A stretch of DNA of 64,000 nucleotides from Macrostomum hystrix. Taxonomy: Eukaryota; Animalia; Platyhelminthes. The DNA lies in assembly GCA_950097015.1 (NCBI GenBank), contig CATNEN010000030.1, positions 3,968,001 to 4,032,000 on the forward strand, read 5' to 3'. Each line of letters opens with the position of its first letter. The first letter of the stretch is position 1. A program made the translations under genes and the position numbers. Below the pieces are notes generated by a model. That model was not told the origin of the DNA. It ran no database searches and saw only the letters and a list, made by a program, of their open reading frames with translations. Positions 1 through 27,600 of this stretch are shown here, piece after piece.

Positions 1-44
1 GAGAACAATTTATCCCAGCCCTAAAAGTTTCACATTCGCCTCAC

Positions 45-14663
<14,619 letters not shown>

Positions 14664-16832
14664 CTATTGAATTAAAATATTTAAGTGATACATGAAAATT
14701 GGTTTTGCGACAAAAAATATTTTTTTTCTTTTTAAATGCATTTGTATTATGCTTTGTAAAACATCGTATTTACTATTTCGTTCCCTTATTAACAAAAAAC
14801 ACTGCAACTACAAACAGTATACAATTGGCTGAAGCTATATTTTCAAGGACAAGCACAATAAGTGAAAATATAAATTCTAACAATTAAGTTTAAATTTTAC
14901 ATGGGTGTCTTCATAGCCAATAAACTTTATATTTGATAGTCTTGTTTCCGTTTCCATTCCATTTTGCAAGAGGACTAAGTTTATTTTCTTCCATAAATAT
15001 TATAATCTTAAATATGTTTGGATATCTTAAATATATTTAAATATGAATATATAAATATTAGAAAATCCTAAATATCTGTCCTAAATATATGTATAATATA
15101 TTACACGTATATTATATTATACGTATACGTATGCATTAGAAAATTAAATTTCAACAAATCTTTTTGTGAACATAAAAAAATCATTAATTCATTAAGATAT
15201 GAAAGCCGACAAAAATATTATTCGAATTTCGAAAGCCTGAAGGATAGGGGTAAAATTGAAAAAAAAACTTACTTTCTTTCCGTTATATACTTTGACATTT
15301 TTTACTATTATCTATATTTTAGTAGATAGATCTAAAGACACAAATAGTTCATTCGAATATATATATTTACGTTAAATGTTGAAAACAACAATCGCTTGGG
15401 TAGATTCAAAAAGTTATTTCTTACTTAATTAAGCCATGAATACGTGTAAAACTTTTTATAATCAGGTTTTCAAATGCAAAAGTCATATTATTTGTCAGCT
15501 CTTTCCAAAGAAGTTAGCTTTTCGTATAATGATTATCCCTCCGCGATAATAAAAACATCGGAAGTCACACTATACTGAATTTTTCCCATAACGGAAATAT
15601 CTTATATCTATTGGCATATACGAATAGTATATATATAAATAGTGCTGTAGCATAGTTCCGCTTGTAGCGAAATCAGAAAGCTTATTATCTCAGATGGTTA
15701 CTTCTGGTGCAAATATATTCACTAAAATGTACAATTTCGCACAAAAAGGCCGGCTGCTTAAAATTCGCTGGTAACCGGGTACAATTAGTTTTAGTTTCAT
15801 TTGAGTGATATACGTAGCTGTGCAATTTTTATTTTTAAGCTAGTTTTGCATATCATTGAAATCAGTCATTATGTAGTCTATTCGTCTCCAGGACACGTAT
15901 TTTAATTTGATGTGTCCAACTTTTGTTGTCATTAAACATTTCTATTATTCAAATGAACTTCCTCAGTTTTCAGTTTTATATTGGATTCAGTGTTGGATCA
16001 AGAAACCTCAGAATTTCACTTAAAATAGAATACAAAATACTGCATAATGATCGAAATCAATTGGTAACATATGCATGTAATTAGCCTGTATAATCCGCGC
16101 AATGGTCTTAATCCCAATTTCATGCGCAGGCATGCAGGCTGTATTAAAGGACTATAAAAGTAGCTATAACTCCTTGGCTGTATTTTGTCTTCGATGCACT
16201 CGGTGATCGTGTCCGTGCAGCAATGGCGAGCGAAATCTCTAAAAAGCAACGCACAGAACACATTGAAGGCAGGCTCTAATTCAACCAGAGGGGAGGCAGT
16301 GGGATCTGGTATCGGATGCTAGGGGGAGCCAATTACTGTACCCTGACGCGGCCATCGGTCAATGTAGTTTCTGCTACCTATCTTTTTTCGGGCGATAATA
16401 CTCGTAGGTCTGGCTCGAAACCATGTTGCAAAGGGGATTCGAAACAAGGGAGCCCTGTTTCCCTATTACTGCCGGCCTGGGAGCCCGCTCCCACCGATTC
16501 GAGCGCATTCATCGGCCATTTCTCGATGCGGCGGCGGTGAGGTGGGGCTGCTGGCAGCTGCGCCAGCTGTCGTACCTACAGCAGAGCGATGCGCAAACAC
16601 AAAATAGGCAATCGGCGATCCATGGGAATGCGCGTTCTACCGCTGACATCGGTTGGGCGGTGGGCAGCCGGCCGAAGCTCTGCAATAGATTTTCGTCCAC
16701 CTTCCCTATGCAGAGGTATGACTTTAGTTCTTTTGGCACCGGATGTTCGCTACATATATAGGGATAAGCGATATGTTGCGGTACCAATCTGGTAAATAAT
16801 GCAATAATTCAAGTATTACAAATTGCTATAAT

Positions 16833-17040
16833 TGCAGGAGGGCTGCGGGCAATGGCACATCATTTCGTAACACTAGACCTGCAGCCAGCGAGGAGGCAAT
16901 TCTGCCCATTCAACTGACTCCTGAGCACAAACGTATACATAAACACTGAACGCAGGCACACGCTCACACAGGTGTGTACATCTGCCCTGACTTTATCATT
17001 GTCAGGCAGTGTACATTGTCACTCGGCCTTGGAGGTTGGC
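16833..17040 (-). mobile_element. SINE family A, 5'-truncated copy
   Basis: TGCAGGAGGGCTGCGGGCAATGGCACATCATTT...CTGCAGCCAGCGAGGAGGCAATTCTGCCC is the reverse complement of the family A 3' half. Confidence 0.8.
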
Positions 17041-17117
17041 GCAGGGGATCTACCCGAGATTTTGGTTCTTAGCTTGCAGATAGGAATAAACAATGGAATA
17101 AGTGCCACCAGCTGTCT

Positions 17118-17118
17118 G

Positions 17119-17150
<32 letters not shown>

Positions 17151-17157
17151 GTGTGCG
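17118..17157. repeat. (GT)n microsatellite
   Basis: Visible GT run. Confidence 0.9.
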
Positions 17158-17928
17158 TGAGCAAGCGCCAGAAAAATTCTGATCTAAACTCGACTTCCAG
17201 CCCACACGCCCTGCCCACATAATGTTCAATTGAAGTACTGCTGCATTTTCTCCTGTGTTCCCAGTCCTCCCCAGCGAGAGAGACTTAAACGAAGGTTGAG
17301 AAGGCCTCCGCCAGTAGTCGTTTTGAGAAAATCTTTTCATTAAAATAATTAATTCCTGGTCCGCGCAGGCATTCTGTCAGGACATTGCGGACGGAGGGCT
17401 CTCAGCGTGACAGCCAGCCGAGACGCCAATAACTTATTGTAGGCCGGTCCTTATTGGACCAACCCGAGACACTCGTCAGCGCCCGCGCGATCTGGACTCC
17501 AGAGCCGATCCGACAACCCCAGCTGCGACGCCCAAAATTCTTTCTCGTTCTCCATTTCGCTGGACTCGTGACTCAAGATCGGAGCAGATCTGTGATCGCA
17601 TTTTCCACTCTTCTCGCTCCTCACTCTCTCTCTCTTTCTCTCTGTCTCGTTTTAGTCCTCGCAAACGGCCACTTACACTTCCACTCATTCGTGGTCTCTT
17701 CCCCCGCTTCTGCCCCCTAAGCCAACCAACCGCAGCCTCTGCTTGCAGCTGCCCTTCTTTGGCCTAGGCCTCGGACAGACACGAGCTAAGATAAAAACCC
17801 CAAACCGACCGGCAATAAACTGAATTGTCACTCGATCAGCGGTCCAATGTTTTTGGTTTGAATTGTAAACATTTTTCTGGCAAAGCTGACGCCCGCTTTT
17901 GAAGCAGTCGGTCTTGGGTGCGCTGAGC

Positions 17929-20900
17929 ATGTCGGACGCTGAGAATAGGGTCATACTCAATGTTGGCGGCATCCGGCACGAGACCTACAAGGCTACTCTC
18001 AAGAAAATCCCAGCAACCAGGCTGTCCAGGCTAACGGAGGCTTTGGCTAACTACGATCCCATCTTGAACGAATACTTCTTCGACCGCCACCCGGGAGTGT
18101 TTGCCCAGATACTGAACTACTACAGAACTGGCAAGCTGCACTATCCTACTGACGTGTGCGGCCCCCTCTTTGAGGAAGAGCTCGAGTTTTGGGGACTCGA
18201 CAGCAACCAGGTGAGAATTAATGCTTTGATGCTCGTATATCTTGGAAGCTAATCTTAGAAGCTGCTCTTAGAAGCTAATCTTAGAAGCTAATCTTAGAAG
18301 CTACTCTTAGAAGCTACTCTTAGAAGCTACTCTTAGAAGCTACTCTTAGAAGCTACTCTTAGAAGCTAATCTTAGAAGCTACTCTTAGAAGCTAATCTTA
18401 GAAGCTAATCTTAGAACCTAATCTTAGAAGCTAATCTTAGAAGCTACTCTTAGAAGCTAATCTTAGAAGCTAATCTTAGAAGCTACTCTTAGAAGCTACT
18501 CTTAGAAGCTAATCTTAGAAGCTAATCTTAGAAGCTACTCTTAGAAGCTAATCTTAGAAGCTACTCTTAGAACCTAATCTTAGAAGCTAATCTTAGAAGC
18601 TACTCTTAGAAGCTAATCTTAGAAGCTAATCTTAGAAGCTAATCTTTGAAGCTAATCTTAGAAGCTAATCTTAGAAGCTAATCTTAGAAGCTAATCTTAG
18701 AAGCTAATCTTAGAAGCTAATCTTAGAAGCTAATCTTAGAAGCTAATCTTAGAAGCTAATCTTAGAAGCTAATCTTAGAAGCTACTCTTAGAAGCTAATC
18801 TTAGAAGCTAATCTTAGAAGCTACTCTTAGAAGCTACTCTTAGAAGCTAATCTTAGAAGCTAATCTTAGAAGCTAATCTTAGAAGCTAATCTTAGAACCT
18901 AATCTTAGAAGCTAATCTTTGAAGCTACTCTTAGAAGCTAATCTTAGAAGCTAATCTTAGAAGCTAATCTTAGAAGCTAATCTTAGAAGCTAATCTTAGA
19001 AGCTAATCTTAGAAGCTAATCTTAGAAGCTAATCTTAGAAGCTAATCTTAGAAGCTACTCTTAGAAGCTAATCTTAGAAGCTAATCTTAGAAGCTACTCT
19101 TAGAAGCTACTCTTAGAAGCTAATCTTAGAAGCTAATCTTAGAAGCTAATCTTAGAAGCTAATCTTAGAACCTAATCTTAGAAGCTAATCTTTGAAGCTA
19201 CTCTTAGAAGCTAATCTTAGAAGCTAATCTTAGAAGCTAATCTTAGAAGCTAATCTTAGAAGCTAATCTTAGAAGCTAATCTTAGAAGCTAATCTTAGAA
19301 GCTACTCTTAGAAGCTACTCTTAGAAGCTAATCTTAGAAGCTAATCTTAGAAGCTAATCTTAGAAGCTAATCTTAGAACCTAATCTTAGAAGCTAATCTT
19401 TGAAGCTACTCTTAGAAGCTAATCTTAGAAGCTAATCTTAGAAGCTAATCTTAGAAGCTACTCTTAGAAGCTACTCTTAGAAGCTAATCTTAGAACCTAA
19501 TCTTAGAACCTAATCTTAGAAGCTAATCTTTGAAGCTACTCTTAGAAGCTAATCTTAGAAGCTAATCTTAGAAGCTAATCCTAGAAGCTAATCTTTAAAG
19601 CTAATCTTTGAAGCTAATCTTTGAAGCTAATCTTAGAAGCTAATCTTAGAAGCTAATCTTAGAAGCTACTCTTAGAAGCTAATCTTAGAAGCTAATCTTA
19701 GAAGCTAATCTTAGAAGCTACTCTTAGAAGCTACTCTTAGAAGCTAATCTTAGAAGCTAATCTTAGAAGCTAATCTTAGAAGCTAATCTTAGAAGCTACT
19801 CTTAGAAGCTACTCTTAGAAGCTAATCTTAGAAGCTAATCTTAGAAGCTAATCTTAGAAGCTAATCTTAGAAGCTACTCTTAGAAGCTACTCTTAGAAGC
19901 TAATCTTAGAAGCTAATCTTAGAAGCTAATCTTAGAAGCTAATCTTAGAAGCTACTCTTAGAAGCTAATCTTAGAAGCTAATCTTAGAAGCTAATCTTAG
20001 AAGCTAATCTTAGAAGCTAATCTTAGAAGCTACTCTTAGAAGCTAATCTTAGAAGCTAATCTTAGAAGCTACTCTTAGAAGCTAATCTTAGAAGCTAATC
20101 TTAGAAGCTAATCTTAGAAGCTAATCTTAGAAGCTAATCTTAGAAGCTACTCTTAGAAGCTAATCTTAGAAGCTAATCTTAGAAGCTACTCTTAGAAGCT
20201 AATCTTAGAAGCTAATCTTAGAAGCTAATCTTAGAAGCTACTCTTAGAAGCTAATCTTAGAAGCTACTCTTAGAAGCTACTCTTAGAAGCTAATCTTAGA
20301 AGCTAATCTTAGAAGCTACTCTTAGAAGCTAATCTTAGAAGCTAATCTTAGAAGCTACTCTTAGAAGCTACTCTTAGAAGCTAATCTTAGAAGCTAATCT
20401 TAGAAGCTATTTTGAGAGCTAGTATTCTGAAGCTAATCTATATTTTAAAATTCAATTCATTAAGAACGTGCCAAACATCTGCTCTCAAAGCACTAAAATC
20501 CACTTCTCCTATTATTCCCACCGACAAGTGATTTTGTAAATCCCTTTTCCCAGCACAGCATTCAGTGCTATCCGTCAAATACTAGCTAAGAAATCAAAGC
20601 AAACATCTTCGAGTGCTGCATTTCTGAAGTGTGATTATTTTCATAAGAATGGGAAGAGAGCTGCAGTTCTTCGATTCGATATTAATGTCTTAGGCATTTG
20701 TTTTTTATTAAGCCGAACAAAGTCTCCCCACAAGGACTGTTTTTTCTGTGGGAGTTCTTGAAAAACTGAAATAAGTTTATATACTTGCAAGGGTCTGTGG
20801 CCGAGTGTGAGTGATGTCACGAGGGTGACTAACAGCGTTTGCCTCTCGCACCAAGGTCCCTGAGCTCGATTCCGCGGCGAGGCATTTGGGGGCTTGTCGT

Positions 20901-23900
20901 ACAATTTACGCCCTTGAGGGCCAACCCCCAAGTGAGAGTGAGAGTGTACACTGCCTGACAATGAGAAAGATGAGTGTGTGCTTGCGCACAGGCGTGTACA
21001 TCTGCTCAAAATCTTCACCTTCAGGCTGTGTACACTCTCACTGTGCAAATTTCAAGACAAGCCCGCAAGCCTTCCACGGAGCCGATGCTTTGGTGTGAGA
21101 GTCGGTCACGTGATCACCAAGTACCACCAGCAGTTAATGGTTCGAGGACTGGTCATAAAAGGGGAAATTACCATGAGGATCATAATTCAATTTGAGGATT
21201 TATCCTCAAATTAGAAAATTTAGAAATATTTTTCTTGAATATATCAATATCAACTGATTCCCGTGCAAATTAATGACTCAGCCAGTTGTTAAGGATGATC
21301 AATCTGACTAATCCACTCATAATTGTGTTGAATTTTATTGAATTCACTTTTCAAATGATACGAGCTCCGACTGACTGTCCGAGAGTTGGACCTGTATGGA
21401 GGAATGACACATATCAGAACCATAAAATGCAGATCTGCCATCCTTTTTGCGATGGGGCGAGTGGCTCCACCGATTCCGGAATGGCCCAGAGTCTGGAAAG
21501 GGTCCAAAATATTCCCCTTGTCTGCTAAATAATCCTGGCCAGATAATCCGAGTCGATGGGGAGGATTAGGACGTGGGAATTATTGCGGTCCTCAAAATAT
21601 TGAGGCTAGAAAATCAGTCTCACTGGAAAATACTTTTGCCATGCAGTAAATGCAGAGCCAAAGACAGACGCGCGTGAAATCATTCTAAGAATAGGACATT
21701 TTAAGCCATGAAAAAAGGTTTGAGAACATTTTCAAATACGGAGCCGGTTCCATGATAGCCGAGCTCATAAACAGCCGGCTGAGTAGAACTAGCTGCTTTC
21801 TCGACAGCTGCAAAGTAGCTGTGCTCACACACACACACACACACACACGCACACACACAAGTTTGCAGCTTGATTCCCAGGGGGAGGGCTCGGAGTAAGT
21901 TTCTCAAATGAGTACGGACACAGTTGCCAGAATGGGGGAACCATGGTAAGGGAAGTTGAAAAACTGCCGTCAGGGAGCCATAGCGATAATTTAGCACAAA
22001 ACTACAAATTATGTCTCAAGCTAAAGGTGTGATATAATAAGGATAGCGATAGAAACACTTCAATAAAACAAATATTTGAGAATCCAATTCCCAATCCACT
22101 GAATTCCCAATTTAATCAACTCTCAATCTACTGAATTCCCAATTAAATCAATTCTCAATCCTTTGAATTCCCAATTTAATGAATTCCCAATTTAGTGAAT
22201 TTCCAATCCACTGAATTCCCAATCCAATAAATTCCCAATTTAATGAATTCCCAATCCACTGAATTCCCAATTTAATCAATTCGCAATTTAATGAATTCCC
22301 AATTCAATGAATTCCCAATCCAATGAATTCCCAATCCACTGAATTCCCAATTTAATCAATTCTCAATCCACTGAATTCCCAATCCAACGAATTCCCAATC
22401 CACTGAATTCCCAATCCACTGAATTCCCAATCCACTGAATTCCCAATTTAATGAATTGTCAATTTAATGAATTTCCAATCCACTAAATTCCCAATTTGAT
22501 GAATTCCCAATCCAATGAATTCCCAATTCAATGAATTCCCAATCCAATGAATTCCCAATCCAATGAATTCCCAATCCAATGAATTCCCAATCCAATGAAT
22601 TCCCAATTCAATGAATTCTCAATTCAATGAATTCCCAATTTAATGAATTCTCAATCCACTGAATTTCCAATTTAATGAACTCCCAATCCAATGAATTCCC
22701 AATCGAATGAATTCCCAATTCAATGAATTCCCAATTTAATGAATTCCCAATCCACTGTATTCCCAATCCACTGAATTCCCAATTTAATGAATTCCCAATC
22801 CACTGAATTCCCAATCCACTGAATTCCCAATCCACTGAATTCCCAATTTAATGAATTCCCAATTTAATAAATTCTCAATTCAATGAATTCCCAATTTAAT
22901 GAACTCCCAATCCACTGAATTCCCAATTTAATGAATTCCCAACCCAATGAATTCCCAATCCACTGAATTCCCAATCCACTGAATTCCCAATCCGCTGAAT
23001 TCCCAATCCACTGAATTCCCAATTTAATAAATTCCCAATTTAATAAATTCTCAATCCACTGAATTTCCAATTTAATGAACTCCCAATCCACTGAATTCCC
23101 AATTTAATGAATTCCCAATCCACTGTATTCCCAATTTAATGAATTCCCAATCCACTGAATTCCCAATGCACTGAATTCCCAATTTAATGAATTCCCAATC
23201 CACTGAATTCCCAATCCACTGAATTCCCAATCCAATGAATTCCCAATCCAATGAATTCCCAATCCAATGAATTCCCAATCCAATGAATTCCCAATTCAAT
23301 GAATTCTCAATTCAATGAATTCCCAATTTAATGAATTCTCAATCCACTGAATTTCCAATTTAATGAACTCCCAATCCAATGAATTCCCAATCGAATGAAT
23401 TCCCAATTCAATGAATTCCCAATTTAATGAATTCCCAATCCACTGTATTCCCAATCCACTGAATTCCCAATTTAATGAATTCCCAATCCACTGAATTCCC
23501 AATCCACTGAATTCCCAATCCACTGAATTCCCAATTTAATGAATTCCCAATTTAATAAATTCTCAATTCAATGAATTCCCAATTTAATGAACTCCCAATC
23601 CACTGAATTCCCAATTTAATGAATTCCCAATCCAATGAATTCCCAATCCACTGAATTCCCAATCCACTGAATTCCCAATCCACTGAATTCCCAATCCACT
23701 GAATTCCCAATTTAATGAATTCCCAATTTAATAAATTCTCAATCCACTTAATTTCCAATTTAATGAACTCCCAATCCACTGAATTCCCAATTTAATGAAT
23801 TCCCAATCCACTGTATTCCCAATTTAATGAATTCCCAATCCACTGAATTCCCAATGCACTGAATTCCCAATTTAATGAATTCCCAATCCACTGAATTCCC

Positions 23901-24447
23901 AATCCACTGAATTCCCAATCCACTGAATTTATTTTATTATTATATTATTTTTTTAAACAAAAAATGAAACATGCCATTTTGCACGAAGCGAGGCGGATAA
24001 ATCCGTTTTTCCCTTAAAGCGTTTTAGCACCTGGATTTGTTTTTATTGCAATCTTCACTTAAATTTTATTGCTTGCGAAACGTGTCATATTCATGTTTTG
24101 CCTCTGCTTTCGCTGGAGAAACAAGCGAAATCTTGTGGCAATTTCAGCACAACGAAATGTCTGCCATTTTCGTTGGCGCTTAGTATATACGCCCCACCGG
24201 AGACCAATTTTACCTAAACCAGATGGCTGCTGCGCGTGCAGCAATGAAAATGCCAGCTTTAAACGCTGTCATTTAGCTGCTTATGGCTTTAGGCGGGGTT
24301 AGTACGAGAATTTGGTGTGCACTTAAATGTTTTTTCTACCATACGGTTAATTTTTATTTTATATAGCAATTCATATATTAACAGCAACCAAAGCTAAAGC
24401 TAAAGCAGCAACAGCAGCAGGAACAAAAAAAACAACAACAACAACAA

Positions 24448-24487
<40 letters not shown>

Positions 24488-24627
24488 CACAGCAGCAGCA
24501 ACAGCATCAGCAGCAGCAGCAGCCACAGCTGCAGCCACAGCAGCAGCCCCAGCAGCAGCAGCAGCCACAGCTGCAGCCACAGCAGCAGCCACAGCTGCAG
24601 CCACAGCAGCAGCCACAGCAGCAGCCA

Positions 24628-24658
<31 letters not shown>

Positions 24659-27600
24659 GTGGTTATCCGGCAGAGTCCCGCACCAGTGGAGGCTAGCGAC
24701 TATCATCCCGATCCCCAAACGGAACAAACCGCCCGAGGACCCAGCCAGCTATCGACCGGTCGCGCTCACAAGCTGCATCGCCAAGGTGGCAGAGAGGCTC
24801 GTCCACCATCGCCTGAGCCACTTCCTCGAGAGTCATGGCATCATCAGCGACATCCAGGCTGGTTTCCGCAAGGGCCGTTCGTGCGAGGAGCAGATCGCCA
24901 GGATCGCCCAGCAGATCTTCGACGGTCTCGAAAACCAGCCGGCACTGCGTAGCATTCTTTGCCTGCTCGATTTCTCTATGACAAGGTGCCTATGACAAGG
25001 TGCCTATGACAAGGTCTGGAAGAGGGCGCTGCTGAAGAAACTGCACCAGACTGGCACTCCACTCTGTGTCATCCGCTGGATCAACAGCTTTCTAGCCGAC
25101 CGCCGCGCCAAGGTCAAGGTGGGCGCCAGCTACAGCAAAGAGCGCACCTTCAGCGAGGGCCTTCCGCAAGTATCGGTGCTGGACGCACTGCTTTGGCTGG
25201 TCTGCGGCAGTCCCAGACCTTGTCAGCAGCCACATTTTAAACAATTTCTCTATTTCATACTTTTTAATCCCGAGGAGCTAAGGTAGTAATTTAAGACTTA
25301 AAAAAAATCGATGCCCTAGCAGCAGTGCCATTTGAACTACGCTAGCCATCGGCAAATCACGGGATTTATATTAGTCGAATCAAATCACAGAGATACGCCC
25401 AGGAGTCAATCGATACTAGCTTTTCTAAGCTATAACTGGCAAATCAAAGTGATCAAATTGCAGCTATGGTCTTAATTTGGTTGTTGCAATTGAAGGCTGG
25501 GACTTTGAACGATCGCGGAGATCAAGGCAGATAATCTGGGTGGGACACAACGGAAGCCGGCGATGTACTTTAATGAGCATCGCTGATGGCTGCCCGGCGT
25601 CTTACAAGATAGTGCAGACAGGGCCGGGCACAGGGCAGATAAGAACAGCAGAATAATTCCATTCCATCATTCCAAACCTTGGGCCTCTTCAAAAATGTCA
25701 TTCGGCTAAGAATTGTCATATCGAGATTGCCGGGGTCGATTTGTAAACACGTATTCTGCTAGATATTGTCAGTCAGTTCAATTGGCGATATTAAGCATTG
25801 ATAGTTTTGGGTGGGGCATTAGTTTTATGGCCTTTTCATGCACAATCAGTGAGACTGTAACTAGCCTTGTCCCTTGGTTGTACTTTCGCAGTGTTTAAAC
25901 TCTCAGCATTCTGCTTCGGGTCTGCAATCAGTTATTTCCGAAATTATCTATGCTTACTGTTTTTGGATAGTGCAGCTAGAACATCTACCCGCCTGTGTTG
26001 TGGTCTGGTCCCCAAAGCCTTGCACAATTACCAAAGTTGGTTGTAAAACTTTCAGGACGGTATTGTAAATTATTTTCTTTCGTTCTTTCCACAAAGCCCC
26101 AAGCTGAGGGTTTATGGGGTTTATGGGAAATCCTAGCTTTGAATCAGATTTTTTAGGACTCGAATCCAGGGTTCAAAACAGTCCAGGCAACTTATAAAGT
26201 GCGTATCGCTTTTTTAAAATCAATCACAGGCACTTTTAGGTTGTGCGAAACAGAAGAAGACACACGTGCACAATGCGACAGGGTACAGACAAGCAATGCA
26301 ACATCAGAAGACAGGGTACAGACAGGCAATGCAACATCAGAAGACAGGGTACAGACAGGCAATGCAACATCAGAAGACAGGGTACAGACAGGCAATGCAA
26401 TATCAGAAGACAGGGTACAGACAGGCAATGCAATATCAGAAGGAGGGTAAGTGGCTAATTGAAATTTATCGTGCAAGAACAACTGAGGCGTAATGTATCC
26501 AGTTTCACCAATCTGATGGAGTTGGGATAAAACGCCATGGATGAAACACGCCCACTAGAGCGCGCAGATGGGAGAAAAATACTAAAGCAATGCCTCCTTG
26601 CTGTACGCACTGTCACTGTCCCGGCACACATACAAGCACACACACGCACACATCTCACACACAAATACACGGACATTCCATTATTTGTTAATGAATAATG
26701 CAAGCATAAGCTTGATGCAGCCGAACCTCCAGAGCTCCGGCTCATCAAGCCACTTGTCTTCCACAATCTGCAGTTTTTTCTCCAAACGATTTCGCGCATT
26801 TCTGAGCAGATTTTGGTCCCAGTTGAATAGCAGAAATTATGCCAAAAAACCTCTCTTAGTTTCTTGATTTCTCGCTGACAAGTGCCCATCGGGAATGTGC
26901 TCTTTGTTGTAAAAAAAACACGACCCCGGACGGGACATTGCAGACAGACAGGCAGAGACAGCGACGGCTTACGAGACCGAATTCGGATGACTTCTGTCCT
27001 TCAAACTTCTCGCTACATACAATAGGCTTGGTTTAAGCTCACTATCCTATTGAGCACGCACCGTGTTCCTCCACCGTATTGTATGCATGGGTGCGGTCTG
27101 AAAGCCATGAGATTTGTCAGATAAGGCGAGTCATTTTTTCAATCCCAACATTAAGGATAAAATAATTTCTGAAAAATGTCTCCAGGACTTTTTCCATTCT
27201 GTTATTAGCTAGAAAAAGGCCGCATTAAAATTGCAGAGCTCCACGAAGCTACCACTTTAGCTAATAATGATAATGAAAAGCGAACAAGAGGAAAACTTAC
27301 TTTCTTATCTTATCTTATCTTACATTACTAACTTTCTATAAATAGTAACCAATCAAGACCGCCAGAATGTACCACGCGTTGCCACTTAAACAGCGCGTGC
27401 TATTTGGCGTTGAGTTCTAAAAATAGCACTGCCTTCTGAAGCTACCCCTCCTTTTTGACTAGGAGGGTGTAAGCCAAGTAGTTGGAGCTTAGGAATTCTG
27501 AACAAGCCCAGGGAAGCAATTTGTCTTTTGGGGTAGACGTCTATGAACTCTATGAACCTTCGGGTGTGGAATAGCTTGCTGCACATCTGTCTGATCCAAG

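Noticed and set aside
22608-23779. Repeated [14 protein letters not shown] ORFs resembling pentapeptide or LRR repeats
   Set aside because: Products of a 16-bp satellite with frequent stops and frame cycling.
24371-24727. Poly-Ala, poly-Leu and poly-Gln ORFs
   Set aside because: Trinucleotide microsatellite with no supporting splice sites or domain context.
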